A stretch of 63,862 nt of DNA, the filler included, from an uncultured Methanosarcinales archaeon (GTDB lineage: Archaea > Nanobdellota > Nanobdellia > Woesearchaeales > CAZXZL01), in assembly GCA_964645415.1 (NCBI GenBank). It is 4 parts of 4 records of this genome, joined end to end, with 100 filler letters (N's around TTAATTAATTAA, not from the genome) between each part and the next. Parts side by side here need not be neighbours in the genome. Positions count along the whole stretch, not along the records: positions 4,124 to 34,782 come from CAZXZL010000008.1; positions 34,883 to 61,131 come from CAZXZL010000009.1; 2 more parts are not named here. One strand, given 5' to 3'. Made by a program: the position numbers and the translations under genes. Under the pieces are notes generated by a model. It ran no database searches, was not told the DNA's origin, and saw nothing but the letters and a program-made list of their open reading frames with translations. Below are positions 32,401 through 44,198 of this stretch, piece by piece (within the stretch, counting starts at the first letter, position 1; the number at the start of each line of letters is the position of its first letter).

Positions 32401-33161
32401 AAATTAGGTGGATCTGCATTGTAATAGATAGTATGTAAAAAATGATCACTCTGTCTATCAAACTCATCCATACAAACAATATAAAAAAGATATTTATTAT
32501 CTCCACCATAATGATTTTCAAAATCTATTGTATGAATTATCCCATCATCTGTATCAAATTCTAAGACGCTTCTTATTTCATCATAATCATTTTGTTGAGC
32601 AGAATATTTACAATTTGATTTAATATTTGTTTCAATTTCAAGTTCAAACATTTCTCTATCAATATGTCCTATATTATCACTTACAACAGGTTCAGGTGTT
32701 TTAAGAGTTACATTTAGATCATCAACAGATACAATAAATGAATAATTTAAAAGAACTTTTTCAAGAAAAGTATTACCATCACCGTCAATTGATTCTCTGT
32801 CAGAAAGAATTCTCAAATTATGTCTTCCTGCTTTTAGGTTTTCAGTAAAGTTTATTTCAGTTTCAGTAAATATTTGTTCGGTATCTGATTCAAAATGACT
32901 CTTATTAAAATCTAATAATCCCTTATCAATTGAGTCATTCTCATAGTAAAGTCCATCAATAGACATATTAGTAAAATTTCCTTCCCAAAGAATTCTGAAA
33001 TTCGGTCTAAGATCATTATAGTAATCCCATTCAACAACATCTTCATCATCTCTAGAAGGTTGATTAATAACATGATCTAAATCATATGAATAAATAGAAA
33101 AAGAAAATAAGAAAAATAAGAGTACAAAAAATATCCATAAATATTTTACTCTTTTGAACAT
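29409..33161 (-). CDS. Large acidic cell-surface protein (Ig-like repeats, FIVAR-like helical domain, TM, long cytoplasmic tail)
   Basis: Signal peptide; repeated ET..S.C.Y / Y.V.C Ig-like units; NYTNDSWNDL..A....STSDEIDNSYNELKDAIDNL; TM ILVLILRILSFLFF. Confidence 0.75.
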   Translation of the reverse strand: MFKRVKYLWIFFVLLFFLFSFSIYSYDLDHVINQPSRDDEDVVEWDYYNDLRPNFRILWEGNFTNMSIDGLYYENDSIDKGLLDFNKSHFESDTEQIFTETEINFTENLKAGRHNLRILSDRESIDGDGNTFLEKVLLNYSFIVSVDDLNVTLKTPEPVVSDNIGHIDREMFELEIETNIKSNCKYSAQQNDYDEIRSVLEFDTDDGIIHTIDFENHYGGDNKYLFYIVCMDEFDRQSDHFLHTIYYNADPPNFIDFDFFPRVITNENDPFQVTITTNEESFCKLDFETDEFSEMEYNISSEYEEEHQNDFTLPSYSDDSYDFNVVCKNPAGLKTKKTSSVNVDTSVGYEITYFETNPPRSNKILNDIRPDILIETSGSADCGYIFDNDDVRSIDGSRDNHRHRTEIHTDLNEGRYNITAECYIHDLGDYVTDSIELIIDSSPPTINSIDVTPDDCERKIDVDIDSDDYIGVNEVEYYIGSSPYDDEGYDKYEFSTASSDSFTYEGHAFIIDEELDETFYINLRVSDGYNGWSDYHSQSFSIDFDEEECAEYIDLPEIYKNYTLIDDEIYLELNCTAGDVGCDLNSFEYGLSNQEADCNTNISYINPFLINESGWGCYRVESNEGIPRSSTFEIDYDEIKSDIDDVDDDKEDLVTRDELKIIIEEVKDDFFSIENLSNNYTNDSWNDLYDSFQLANETYHNNDSTSDEIDNSYNELKDAIDNLDKIIYYNIQIYIYEEVDTEIYDEKEFPISYVEIMLNGDFIGETDFDGFFNYSFKSSESEEINKNLETSHSDFDPYSIEISLDENQKNFTENIFLSEKEVDETPPDHTDEDFNILVLILRILSFLFFISSLVLFFLNHKDFFDNSLSSNSKNSKSIEKNKKSSIFNKNNSDKNNSDSSLFNSNNKNIQESKSENSNKDQLMQAMMLKHLKKSKNKILGNKKDKILDSFETGKEINKNNELDKSEIQKLKKKGEGNEDLSIDEFREKYNIERSEDRPQKIFFNKNKEESNKKEKEEDSKENEKEYDFSRDLESKKNTSNLFKELDELKREHSNKEIDSENDDSDIKTDDIDSIIKELGGDDTDNLNFLLNEINSIDDINNINDDLGNNNGRKGDIENHIEDDNEIKNNIINDDNTSNLELQLPPEISQITNDIDEKLNEGNDDEEDSNSEEKEDNEKEDDSLDSLVNSVINMKKSKTKGGDNVFKTVLSTLLSTNKINKNDVHQILLKLNEKGILNKKEVSDMFFDLTK

Positions 33162-33216
33162 ATAAAAAAATGTTCTAAAACCTATTTAAAAGTATGTTAC
33201 TCTTAAATAATTACAA

Positions 33217-33741
33217 TTATAAGTTTTCCCTTGAAACTACTCTATAAGTTCCAGGTAATTTATGAACTGCTTTTGAGAGTAATTTTTTTGCTAATTTTTT
33301 ATTCTTTTTATCAACATGTAAAGAGAATAATTCTTTTCCTTTATTAGCTCTTACAGCACGTCCGATTGGTTTTCCAAAAGATCTTTTCATACCAGTACTT
33401 AGACGATCTGCACCTGCACAAGTAGCAAGAGGATTTTCTCTTAAAATTTGATGAGGATAAACTTTTAACTTCATAAAATAATTTTCTAATGATAAAGCCT
33501 CTTTTAGTTCACTGTTTACAACCTTTCTTGCAGATTCAAGAGCATTGTCTCGAATTTGATGGTCTACTTTGGAAACTAAAACAATTTCTTCATCAAATTT
33601 TCTTGATCTATTCCCCATATCAAACTGAGCAATTCTTGTATGTAAGGATGCTTTAACATAAGCTTTTGATCCATATTTTGAAGTTCTAGTATAAGCTCTT
33701 TCAATATTTCGATAACTAACAAATTTTCTTAATCTTGCCAT
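33217..33741 (-). CDS. rpl10e: 50S ribosomal protein L10e (uL16)
   Basis: QIRDNALESAR, YPHQILREN, AGADRLSTGMKRSFGKP, KLP; AGGTG RBS. Confidence 0.96.
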   Translation of the reverse strand: MARLRKFVSYRNIERAYTRTSKYGSKAYVKASLHTRIAQFDMGNRSRKFDEEIVLVSKVDHQIRDNALESARKVVNSELKEALSLENYFMKLKVYPHQILRENPLATCAGADRLSTGMKRSFGKPIGRAVRANKGKELFSLHVDKKNKKLAKKLLSKAVHKLPGTYRVVSRENL

Positions 33742-33842
33742 TATTAACACCTATTATAACCTATTAATATCAAAGATTGAAATTAAAATATGTTTTTAAA
33801 TGTTTCTATAAATTAGTTATATAACATTATTAAATCCTTAAA

Positions 33843-34355
33843 TTACTCAAGGAATTTCTTTTGATTTTGTGCTAAGTCTATATATACATCACTTGCTTCA
33901 ATTAATTCAGATGCTGTTGATTTTTTAAAAGACATTACTTCAACTTGAACTCCTTTAGCTTTTATATGATTAACTAATGAAGTAAAATCACCATCTCCTG
34001 TTACTAATACTGCAACGTCAATTTTTTCTGATAGTTCAATTGCATCAATTGCAATTCCCATATCCCAGTCTCCTTTTTTAGCACCACCATGAAATTTCTT
34101 TAAGTCTTTTCTTTTTACAAAAAAACCCATATCTTCTAGTGCATCAAAGAAATTATCTTCGTTTTTTGTACTTGCTTTTATTACATAAGCTAATGCTCTT
34201 ATAAGTTTTCTTTTGTCTTGAGCTGCTTTTAATATATTTCTATAGTTTACTTTTCCATCATACATATTTTTTGCAGAGTAGTACATATTTTGAATATCAA
34301 CAAATAGTGCAACTCTTTGGTTTTTAAATGATTTATTTCTTATTCTAATCACCAT
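33843..34355 (-). CDS. NYN domain protein (LabA/DUF88)
   Basis: LFVDIQN, KGDWDMGIAID, TGDGDF, ELIEASD. Confidence 0.92.
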   Translation of the reverse strand: MVIRIRNKSFKNQRVALFVDIQNMYYSAKNMYDGKVNYRNILKAAQDKRKLIRALAYVIKASTKNEDNFFDALEDMGFFVKRKDLKKFHGGAKKGDWDMGIAIDAIELSEKIDVAVLVTGDGDFTSLVNHIKAKGVQVEVMSFKKSTASELIEASDVYIDLAQNQKKFLE

Positions 34356-34535
34356 TAACTAATTTTATTTATATTATATATTTCTTTTGAATTAATTTCT
34401 TTTATTTTAATTAACAGATAAAGTTTTATTTTTATTATCATAATCAATATTATTATTTCATATGAAGAATAAATATATTAATTAAATTTTATAGTAGTCA
34501 AAGGTTTAAATAAAATTATTCTTATAAAATTCAAG

Positions 34536-34782
34536 TGAGTTATCTGCTGATAATGAACGTTCATTTATTCTGAATCAAACAAAAAGATGAAAAGCGAATA
34601 CACATTCTTTAGCTGAAACACGAATAAAACATTACGAAGATCATAAATTTTCTAACTATTGAAACATAGTTTTCAAAGCGAAGAAAAACAAAGAGTTTTT
34701 TATGTTGTTTAAATCAAAGATTTAAAAGGTTAGTGAAATCAAAAGATTTCTCACCTTGAAAAAAACAAAGTTTTTTTCTAAG
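34536..34782 (+). repeat. Non-coding array of short hairpins plus repeat modules, at contig end
   Basis: AATGAACGTTCATT; TTTAAATC-aaa-GATTTAAA; AAGGT..GAAATC-aaaa-GATTTC..ACCTT; GAAAAAAAC-aaa-GTTTTTTTC; CGAATACA/CTTTAGCT modules. Confidence 0.6.
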
Positions 34783-34882
34783 NNNNNNNNNNNNNNNNNN
34801 NNNNNNNNNNNNNNNNNNNNNNNNNNTTAATTAATTAANNNNNNNNNNNNNNNNNNNNNNNNNNNNNNNNNNNNNNNNNNNN
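34783..34882. other. Artificial contig linker
   Basis: N44-TTAATTAATTAA-N44. Confidence 0.97.
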
Positions 34883-35113
34883 TAAATTTCTAATTTAATA
34901 AGTTCTAAACTTTAGTTTAGTAATATGTATTCGTATTTAGCTAAAGGTTGTAGAAATCTTTTTTATCTTCGATAATGTAGAAGTCAAAATCATCTAAGTA
35001 AAAAAATAATAGAAGTTTATAAAAACAAAAACAAAAATACATAGGAAGTTATGGGAACTACCGTGCCATACAGAGTATGGTACTATCCTAGTCAATTTTG
35101 ATAAAAATTGAGA
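34883..35113 (+). repeat. Dispersed repeat, full copy with TATA-like box and double hairpin
   Basis: Closely similar to the reverse complement of 60834-61085; hairpins at 35063-35083 and 35093-35110. Confidence 0.85.
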
Positions 35114-35126
35114 TCAATTTATTAGA

Positions 35127-35549
35127 TTATATTAAATAAATGAAATAGTTATTAATAACAATAAAAAAATAGGAAAAATTAACAAAACCCAATACTAAAA
35201 CTACAAAATACTTTAAAAACCAAGTAAAGTGATGAATTGCATGATCTAAAAAGTGTCCGTGTGTATCATTAAGATAAATTATTGAATCAATAGATAATAC
35301 AAAAATAATTAAACTAATAAGCATGGTGAAAATATCTATTACTTTATCCCTTATTGCTCTACCATACTCCCCTTGATTCACCTCAGGATAATACGGATTT
35401 AATTCAACACCACTCCCTGAAGAAATAACTAAATATGTTGAATGAACATCTAAAACATTTAGAAAAATTAATAAAAAAAACAACATAAATACTAAAATAT
35501 TGAAATGGCTATGAAATAATTCGAAAAGATTAAAAAAATGCTTGCCCAT
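35127..35549 (-). CDS. DUF5658-like membrane protein
   Basis: LDVHSTYLVI..GVELNP motif, three TM helices, terminal NN. Confidence 0.65.
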   Translation of the reverse strand: MGKHFFNLFELFHSHFNILVFMLFFLLIFLNVLDVHSTYLVISSGSGVELNPYYPEVNQGEYGRAIRDKVIDIFTMLISLIIFVLSIDSIIYLNDTHGHFLDHAIHHFTWFLKYFVVLVLGFVNFSYFFIVINNYFIYLI

Positions 35550-35582
35550 ATAAAATAATAAAAATGAATATTTAAAAGGTTT

Positions 35583-35975
35583 ATGAAAATGAAAAAGATA
35601 AAGATTAAAACAAAAAAAAGAAAAGAAATTATAGATATTACTGAAAAAGTTTCAAATAAAATTCAAATTAATGAAGGAATAGTTTCTTTAAAATCTATGC
35701 ATACAACAGCAGGAATTTTTGTCAATGAAGGATATGATGAAGATTTAAAAGAAGATTTTATCAATTACTTTGAAAGCCTACCAAATATTAATTTTAAACA
35801 CATGGAAGGAAATTCTAAAGCACATATTTTTTCAACATTCATTGGAAACCATATTACAATCCCTGTTGAAAACAAAAAAATGATTTTAGGAAGATGGCAA
35901 AAAATATTATTTTTTGAATTTGATGGGCCAAGAAATAGAAAAATTGTAATTAAAGAAATTGAAAATAAAAATTAA
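35583..35975 (+). CDS. yjbQ: YjbQ/UPF0047 family protein
   Basis: HTTAGIFVNE, HMEGNSKAHI, LGRWQKILFFEFDGPR. Confidence 0.93.
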   Translation: MKMKKIKIKTKKRKEIIDITEKVSNKIQINEGIVSLKSMHTTAGIFVNEGYDEDLKEDFINYFESLPNINFKHMEGNSKAHIFSTFIGNHITIPVENKKMILGRWQKILFFEFDGPRNRKIVIKEIENKN

Positions 35976-38900
35976 AGATAATTTGATTTAATAATCTCAT
36001 TAACATCAAATATCTCAAAAATAGCTTTCCTTGATAAATATTTAACTTCATCACCAACATTATTTTTTTCTAATTCTAAAAGGATGTCATCAATTTTCAT
36101 CCCATTACTTTTAAAGCTCAAAATAGATGTTTTTATATCTTCATACATATTCAATTGGTTTTTATTAAGATTAAAATAAATATCAGAACCAACCTCTTTA
36201 ACAGAATTAATAAAAGAATTATCTAAATCTGATTCAATTAAGTAAGAAATGACTTCTTTTAAATCAATTCCTTTATCTTTATATGAAATTATTATCGAAC
36301 GAACTTCATCATTGGATCTTGAATCAACAGATGAAGAAGAGTCTTTAGAAGAATCTTTAATGTTTGTATCATTATCTTCAATATTATCATCATTAGAATA
36401 AACTACATCATTATTATTATTATCATAACTATCAAAAGAATTTAAAACAAGAGATAATTCACCTTCTAAGCTGTTTGAATTTAAAATACTTGATACATTA
36501 AATAGATTAAAAATTGATTTTAGTACAAAATAATAAGTTTCATTAGAAACATCATTTTCTTTAATATTAGATAATATTTCATCAATATTTAAATCATTAT
36601 TTTTCATATCTTTAACATTATTAAATACACTTTGATAAAAATCTTGATCACTTAAATGATTATTACTATCATTATTAAAAATAATTTCAGATAATTCATT
36701 TTGACATTTATTTAAAATTTTTTCATCATTATAGTTTTTATTAAAATTATTTAATATCTGAATAGGATTGAATCCATTTGATATCTGTTTATTAATCTCT
36801 TCTTTAATGTTAATTTTATTATCATGAGCAATCTGATTAATATTATTATTATTATTAATATCATTATTATCTTTACTATCTTTATTTTGAACATCATTTC
36901 CATCTAGATTAAAATCTAAATCATCAAGAGAATCAGATTCATCGTTAGAATCACTGCCATCATGAGAGTTTTTTATAAACTTATTTTTAAAATCATTAAA
37001 ATGTTCATTAAGTGAAAAAGAAGATTTTTTTACAAAAACAAATGATAAAAATATTGCAAAGATTAATATTACTACAAAAACGAAAATACTATTTAAAAAA
37101 TTATCATCGGAATCAGCATCATCTTCATCTTCTAATTCATCTTCTTCTAATCCTTCATCCTCTTCGTAATCTTTATCATCTTCATCAACCTCATCTTCCA
37201 CTTCTTCAGTATCCTCATCATCTTCATCATCNNNNNNNNNNNNNNNNNNNNNNNNNNNNNNNNNNNNNNNNNNNNNNNNNNNNNNNNNNNNNNNNNNNNN
37301 NNNNNNNNNNNNNNNNNNNNNNNNNNNNNNNATCATCTTCATCATCCTCATCATCTACTTCTTCAAAATAAAATAAACTTAAATTAGCATGAGATTGATT
37401 TAGAATATCTTTTAAATGAAATTTAATCCCATAAAATTCAAGATCTAATGAGTCATAAGTTACCTCTTCATTAACAGACATTGAACTATTTTTTAAAAAC
37501 GAATAGTTAATATAGTTCTCACTAATAGAGAAAACACTAAAATTAAAAGAAGTACTATTTATTTCAAAATTAAATCTTTGATTTTCTTCAACATTAAACG
37601 TTTTTTCATCACCTAAACTAAATCTACCTAAATCAATTTCTTCTTTATCCTCAGTATCTGGTTCTGTTGAGGGAAAACCACCTGGTGCTCCACCAACATC
37701 ACCAGAGTCATCATCATCAGAATCATCAGAATCATCATCACTAGTCTCTTCAACTAATTCATAAGCAATAAAATTAGAAAAGTGATGAGTAAAAATAAAT
37801 AAATCATCATCTTCTTTAAAGAAACATTGATTATTTGGACCAGAAAGAAATATATTTTTTGGTCTTGAGTAATTATCACAAGTTATATTAATCTCATAAA
37901 GTTCATCACCATCAACAAATCCTGCTTTGTAATTAGACATATTTGGTAACTTAATTTTTACTGGTTTATCAAAAGAAACTCTTGAATTAGAAACTCCTAT
38001 CTCCATTGCCATTTTAACATCAATACCAGAGAGATCTAAATCAATTTCTTGTATAAAATCAAAGTTCCCATCCCACTCATCTTTTTCAACATTCATATTA
38101 GTATCTTCTAAAAAAGAAGTAATAATTGAACGATCATTATTGATTTCCCTCTCAAAAGAAGTATCTGAAAAGAAGTTAACTGAATTATCAGATTTTTCAT
38201 TAAAATATAAATTGATATCAGAAGTTACATTATAAGGAATAGATATATCTCTAATATCTTTATTGTTTTCAAAAATAATATCATTGATATTAGAAGATAC
38301 TTCAATAAAAGACTCATTAACTAATTTTTGATTCTCTGTTATATTTTCTACCACCGAAAAAGAAGAAACACTTGAAATATTACTTTTAATACCATGTGAT
38401 GAATTAGCCCAAAAGAAATATTTATAGTTTTCTGGAGATAAATTTAATTTTGAAAAACTCCAAATAACATCTCCATCATTGTTCATATCATAAACAGAAT
38501 AATTTTCTGAAGAAGAATTCTTTAAAAATAATTTAACATTCTCAGAATCAGAATAATCATCAATAGTTACGTTAAATTGATAAATATTAGAATCATTATA
38601 TATATAAGGTAATTTTGTATTTATTTTATCATACGTTACAGGTGCAGTAACATTAAAGGAAATACTAGAAGAATTAACATTACCTGCAGAATCATTAACC
38701 CAAACATTTAATTCATTTTCACCATCATAAAATCTCTCTTTAAAAGGGAAATAATAAGATCTATCTTTTCCTTCAAAATTATACCATATACTATCTATTC
38801 CTGACAATTCATCATGTGTAGAAAAGTTTAAAAGAATATCTCTTGATTTAGTATAGTTTTGAGATAAAGGGGAGATTATATCTAAATGAGGATTTTTTGT

Positions 38901-41900
38901 ATCAACAATGAAATTTATCTTTTTTTCTGCAACATTTCCCGCAGAATCATTTGAAAAGAAAGAAATATTATGTTTGCCATTTTCTAATTCGATATTATCT
39001 TCGTCTTCAAAAACAATTTCATCATCATTAACTTGATACCAATTCTCATCAATATCATTTTTATCTGTAGAATCAAATTCAATTAAAAGATTAGATGAAT
39101 TGTAATAAGAATTATTTAACGGAGAAACAACATGGATTTCAGGAAGAATTGTATCAACAATAAAAGAAATTGTTTTATTAGCAACATTACCTAAAGAATC
39201 ATTTGACCAAAATGTAATATTGTTTTCACCTTCATCAAACTGAAAAGATTCAAATTCATTATATTCAAATTTAGAATTATTATATTCAAACCAATTTTTA
39301 TCAATTTCAGATAACTCATCTTGAGACATAAATTCAACATCGATTAAGTCTTTACTATAATAAGAATTATTTATTGGAGATACAACTTCAATATTAGGTG
39401 GTTTAGTATCTATAACAAAGTCAATTTCTTTTGATTTTTTATTACCTGCATAATCTTTAACACCAACAATAAGATTATTATCTCCTTGTTCAAAAAGAAC
39501 ATTTTCTGGTTGAGAGTAGGAATTATTTGAGTTATTAAAATAATACCATACTTCTGAGATACCAAAATTATTTTGTGTAGATATATTAAGTAAAACATCA
39601 AGAGAATTATAATACTCTCCTTCAATAGGACTAATAATATTTAATTCAGGCAATTCAGTATCAATTGTAAAGTTGATAATTTCAGAATTGTGATTAACTA
39701 ATTCTTCACCATCATAATCATAAGCACTCACATTAAATTCATATTCACCATCATCTAAAATTATATCAAGTGAACAATTATAAAGAAATGTATCATCAAA
39801 CCTCTCACAATCAACTTCATCACTACCTTCAATATCATATATATATTCACTACCATCAACATTAAAGACAACTTCACCAATTTCAATCCCAGTTCCATTT
39901 ACTTCAACAATTAAGGATTTTTCACCATAATTAAAAAAATCTCCGTTTTTTGGAGATTTAAATTCAATTTCAGGATCAAGACTATACTCAAATAATGCAA
40001 ATGAAGAAGCACTATCAAAAGTCCCTCTTACATATCTTTCTTCAGAATTTGATGAAATATCATCAATAATTTCCCAATCATCAGTTTCACAACTTGATAT
40101 ATCATAATATGGACATCTAAAGATTAAAATATCTTCCCAATTTATAGAATCAGAAAAAGTTGGTTCAGAATTAATAAAATCATATAAATTACTATAATTA
40201 AACAAAATTTCTAAATAATTAAAAGAATCAAAATTTTGGTCAATAGATATACCTCCAAAACTAAAATCAGTAAAACCTTGAGGGATTGATGCATCTTCTG
40301 GAGAATTTAAAGAATCTAATTCAAATGTAGAAAATTCTAAAGGATCTTCAAAGATAATATCATCATTTTCTTCTTTAAAGTCAACATTTGCAGATAAAAT
40401 ATCTAATTCAATATGATAAGGAATACTCTCTTCAATATTATTAAAATCCTTCATAACATCTAAATTCAAATTCCAATCATAAAAAATATCATATAATTCG
40501 ATTTCAAAACTTTCGGTCCCTAAAACAGAATCAATCATTGGTTGAGGGATAATATCAGAATCAAATTTTAAAATTGGATCTATAAAGTAATCAATATCTA
40601 TCTCAGAATCATCTTTCACAAACTCAGTATTTATAGTTGAATAGTTACTTAAAAAAAACGATTTAGTTAGAAAATTAAAATTAGATGAATCATCAACCGA
40701 AGTTGCCATTCCAACATGTTCTCCATTTAGAGGTAAATCACTCATTTCAAGTTGATAATTTTGGTCAAAAGAATCATAAACATAATCTTCAACAGTGATA
40801 AGTTCAAACTCAGAAATGTCAAAAGAACCTTCACTATCTCCTTTAAATTTTATACTTAAGTCTTCTTCTTCAAGTGTTGGATTAAAATAATCTATACTTA
40901 TATTCTCTTTATGTCTTATAATAAGGTCATTTAAAGATAAAGATCCCGGAGATTCATAATCTAAGAAAAAAGGAACTTGACAAAAGACATCAAGATTCTC
41001 ATCAACATAAAGTTTATTACTTAAATCGTTTATATTATCATAATAATCTCGATAATTAAAAAAAGAAATTTTTTCTTTCTTACAAAGGTCTAAATATTCA
41101 TTAATCGATTTTGTTAAATCAGAATTCGATATAAATTTGCTATCTTTAAGTTCTCCTTCAATAAAATACTCAATATCATCATTATTAGAAATATCTAAAC
41201 TTAAATCTTCAGGATAGAAATTACCTATTTCAGATATTCCCTCAATTTGATTCCAAACCATATCCTCCTCTCCATCACCATCTAAATCATATTCAATATT
41301 AAATAATCTTACTTTATTATTTCCATAATCGGCAATGGATAAATAAAAAGTGGCAATCATACTTGAAATTCCATCATACTTCACAGATAAATCAGTTGGA
41401 TTATTTATTCTTTCATCATCAGGTAATTGTTCATTACTTATAGAATCAAGGTGATCATAGTTTTCAAGATCACTCATTTGGTCTAAAACAAGGTCATCAC
41501 CATCATGATCAATACTAATCATATGAATCATATTATTATCTTGGTCTAAAACAAAAACAAATTCAATCATGAACCAAAAGTCCATACCCATATATTCTAC
41601 AGTATCATCAATTAAAACAGTATCAATTGCTTCAATTGAATTCATATCATTTATATTATCATAATCATTAATATTTTTATTAAAATCAAAATCAATTATA
41701 TTTGAATCAGAATCATAACTTCCAAAAAAGATATTATCTTGAGATGTTGTTACGATATTATTATTTACAGAATCGATTTCAGTAAAAGACTCACCTTCAT
41801 AAACAATTGAATCAAAAGTTAATTCACCATCATCTAAATAGATTAAACTAATTTTTTCATCATAAGGATGAGTTGAAAAGACTTTATTATTGATATTTGT

Positions 41901-43634
41901 TACTTCAGATGGTCTTGATAGAGAATGTTCTGAAAAATTTAATTTAGAAACTAAATAATATTCATCATCTTCATTAGTTCCATATAATCTTAAAACATTA
42001 CTTAAGTCAACAACATACAAATAATCTTTAAGTTGACCTAACCTTCTTGGTCTAAATATTTCATCACTCATATACCTTGAGCTAAAACCACCATCTTTAT
42101 AAGAATAAATTCTATTATGATAACCATCAGAAATAGACAAATCAAAATTATTACCACCTTTTGATAAACTTACACTCCTAGGACTTTTAAAAACTTCATA
42201 ATCAGAGTCAGTATCTATATTAAAACCAAAATCTGTGACAACTGAATTAACAGGTAATAGTAATGAAGATTTTGTTGGTTCATTTAAATATAATGATTTC
42301 ACATTTTTTTCACTAAATCTATTAACTAATCCTAAATAATCTCTTGAAAAAATATTTTTCTCATTAAATAGAATATTAAAATTTTTTATATGATTATAAT
42401 TATCAGGGTTTTGAGATATTTCTTTTAAATCATCTTGAGTTGAAATAGGTTGGTATTTTAAGTTAAATGAAGAATCAAAAATTAAGTCAGAGTATAGAGA
42501 AAAACTTTCTTCATAATTATAATCATTACTAGAAGATAATTCAACATCAAAGAAATCAATTTTGAAATCTAAAACATCATCTTCACTAAATAAAAAAAGA
42601 CCTGATTCTATTACAATAGAATTATCTTCAACTGAAATAGAAAAACTTCTAGAAGAGATATCATCTTTATGAATGTTAAAATCAGAAATTTTAGGTTCTA
42701 AAAAATCTTTTAAGAAAATACTTTCTTCAGATATTTGTAAAACGTTTCCCACTGAATTTCGATGTATATCATATCTTAACCTATCAATTTCAATAAATGT
42801 TAATAAAGAAAGACTATCAGGATTATAAGGGATTAGAGGTAGACTACAATTAATTATACCCTCACCTGAGTGATGTTTGTCATAATCATAATCTGTGATA
42901 AAACATTCAAAAAAATTACCTTCATTTAATTTATTTTCAGCTTGATAGATAGAGAGGTCTTTACTAATATCTTTATCTGAGAGAAAAACTCTTTTTTGTA
43001 AAGAATCTATATCTCTATATGAATCAAATTCATAATGAATCTCAATATTATCTCCAGGGGAAATATCTTCAATTGGTGAATCAAAAGTTGGCTGGTTAAA
43101 ACGATAAGAGAAATACCCTGTTTCTAAATTAATTGGAACAATAAAAACTTCATCATTATTAGTTTTATTTAAAATTAAATGAGCAGAAATACTTTCAATA
43201 GTTTCTATTTCATTAAAAGAAAGAATTTCATCAACCATGTCTACAGAAAAGTTATAATATAAATTAATTGTTTTATCACTTAAACCATCTATTGAAATAA
43301 CTTTATTATTACTAAAATCAGAGAATTCATTTTCAATAAAACTAAAAAAATTCAAATCAGATAAAGCTTCATTATCAATATTTTCATCATTAATATCATC
43401 GAGTTCTATACTAACATCAATATCATATGGTGAATTAATTTTATTAAATACAATTAACTCGTCTAATCTTCCAGTTGTATTAAAAAGTAAATCACCTGAA
43501 ACTTCAACATCATCTATTCTAAATAAATCAGTGATTTCAACATCATATGAATTTGAAAATGAAGACAATAAAAGGACATTTGTAAATATTAAAAGAATAA
43601 AAACAATTAATTTTCTATTAATTAAATAATCCAT
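35972..43634 (-). CDS. Giant (about 2500 aa) acidic cell-surface protein spanning a scaffold gap
   Basis: Signal peptide, NHL/beta-propeller-like region (IADYGNNKVR), tandem Ig-like DT..P.I.I.SP repeats, D/E tract on both sides of the 37232-37331 gap, then TM and cytoplasmic repeats. Confidence 0.75.
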
Positions 43635-43919
43635 ACAAGAACACCATAAAAAAATATTTTAGTAAGCAGGGTAGTTAAAAATCACAATAATTATATTTAA
43701 ATGTTGTTACTATATCTCTAAATTTGAAAAAATTAAAAGAACTATAAGTGTAAGAAAAAGAACATATAGTTAAAGAAAAATAATAATAGTAGTTAATCAT
43801 AATGAAATTTTAAAAAAATATATCTAAAAAAAGTGATACAAAAAGTAGTTAAATTGAATTTAATAAATCAAAAGTTAAAAAAATAAAAAAGATAGTTAGA
43901 AGGTTTATTTTTAACATCA

Positions 43920-44192
43920 TTATTTTTTGTTAATAACTTCTTTAACAGCATTTTGAACATCATTTGGTGAGAAACCAATAATAGTTATTTTATTTTTTTC
44001 TAAGTAACTTTCTAAAATATTAGAAATTTCAAAGTATTTCTTTCCCACTAAAATCGATTCAATATTATCTATTTCATTCTCAGGGTATATAAAAAAATCA
44101 CCAGATAATTTAAAATCAGTTATTTTATTATCATTTATATTAAAATTAATTCTTAATAATTTGCCTCCTTTTACTTTATAATCTATTTTCAT
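43920..44192 (-). CDS. Lipoate-protein ligase C-terminal/accessory subunit (LplB-like)
   Basis: KVKGGKLLRI..I..FKLSGDFFIYPE..IE..L.G. Confidence 0.85.
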   Translation of the reverse strand: MKIDYKVKGGKLLRINFNINDNKITDFKLSGDFFIYPENEIDNIESILVGKKYFEISNILESYLEKNKITIIGFSPNDVQNAVKEVINKK

Positions 44193-44198
44193 TGAAAA

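Noticed and set aside
35051..35101. 16-codon ORF MGTTVPYRVWYYPSQF in the hairpin element
   Set aside because: Other copies are frameshifted or stop early; substitutions preserve base pairing, not codons
35051..35113. Assignment of the hairpin element to a known ribozyme or riboswitch (hammerhead, twister, hairpin, HDV, fluoride)
   Set aside because: Core consensus nucleotides could not be matched by eye; left unassigned pending a covariance search
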